A DNA stretch of 64,000 nt from Podarcis liolepis (lineage: Eukaryota): the NCBI GenBank assembly GCA_965112155.1, contig OZ218100.1. One strand, 5' to 3'. The stretch's first letter is position 1; the number at the start of each line of letters is the position of its first letter. Positions 63,435 to 64,000 of the stretch are shown here, piece by piece. Position numbers and translations under genes: made by a program. The notes under the pieces are model-generated. The model did not search any database, was not told the origin of the DNA, and saw only the letters and a program-made list of their open reading frames with translations.

Positions 63435-63677
63435 CAGTGGTACCTCGGGTTACATACGCTTCAGGTTACATACGCTTCAGGTTACAGATTCCGCTAACCC
63501 AGAAATAGTGCTTCAGGTTAAGAACTTTGCTTCAGGATGAGAACAGGAATTGTGCTCTGGTGGCATGGCAGCAGCAGGAGGCCCCCATTAGCTAAAGTGG
63601 TGCTTCAGGTTAAGAACAGTTTCAGGTTAAGAACAGACCTCCGGAACAAATTAAGTACTTAACCCGAGGTACCACTG
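63435..63677 (+). mobile_element. Tc1/mariner-type MITE, family A
   Basis: CAGTGGTACCTCGGGTT...AACCCGAGGTACCACTG|TA; the left flank is TG rather than TA. Confidence 0.88.
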
Positions 63678-63872
63678 TATTTCTTTTAAGACCATTATCA
63701 TATTTAAAATCACTTGACAGATTCTAATCTTTCCCCCTTATCATAACATTAATAAAGGCAAATTACTACAAAATGTTGAGACCCCATTGCTGGTTATTGT
63801 ATGCTGTGTGGTTTATTTTGCACATTAGCAAAGCCTTCTAATTGTGAAGGAAATGATCCTTTCCATCCTAGC

Positions 63873-64000
63873 TACTGGGAAAGGCTCTACTCAGTGGTAG
63901 AGCACATGCTTGGCATGCCGCTGCTCTCAGATACAATCCTTGGAATCTTCAGGTTGGGCTGGGAAACCCTCCTGTCTGAAACCCTGGAAGGCCACTGCCA
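63873..64000 (+). mobile_element. tRNA-derived SINE (Squam3-like), runs off the window end
   Basis: CTCAGTGGTAGAGCACATGCTT..CATG...CAATCC.TGG.ATCT.CAGGT.GGGCTGGGAA..CCTGTCTGAAACCCTGGA. Confidence 0.6.

Overview
Eukaryotic, repeat-rich vertebrate DNA. The repeat set (Sauria/Squam SINEs, CR1, L2, Penelope, Tc1/mariner and hAT MITEs) points to a squamate reptile, probably a lacertid lizard (inference). The window holds the 5' part of TULP4 on the + strand: a CpG-island promoter with a non-coding first exon (donor after 8091), a possible second non-coding exon from 18151, and a ~2.3-kb exon (35929-38244) with a long 5'UTR plus the first 84 codons (37993-38244). The rest is TULP4 intron or upstream DNA. 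The standout is a 1133-bp hAT DNA transposon at 21984-23116 in a TULP4 intron, with perfect 15-bp TIRs and a perfect 8-bp TSD. It has no transposase and instead carries a captured CpG-island promoter, 5'UTR and the first ~40 codons (dimerization/docking domain) of a PKA type II regulatory subunit (PRKAR2A-like). These are fused to a second GC-rich fragment to give an open 137-codon chimeric ORF antisense to TULP4, i.e. a vertebrate 'Pack-hAT' gene-capture element. Other points: the large exon resembles the circTULP4 source exon and back-splicing would give a 96-aa ORF, inverted MITE pairs flank the TULP4 5' exons, one MITE is nested in another, and a Penelope fragment carries a degenerate minimal hammerhead ribozyme. 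All identifications come from reading and recall; no database searches were run.
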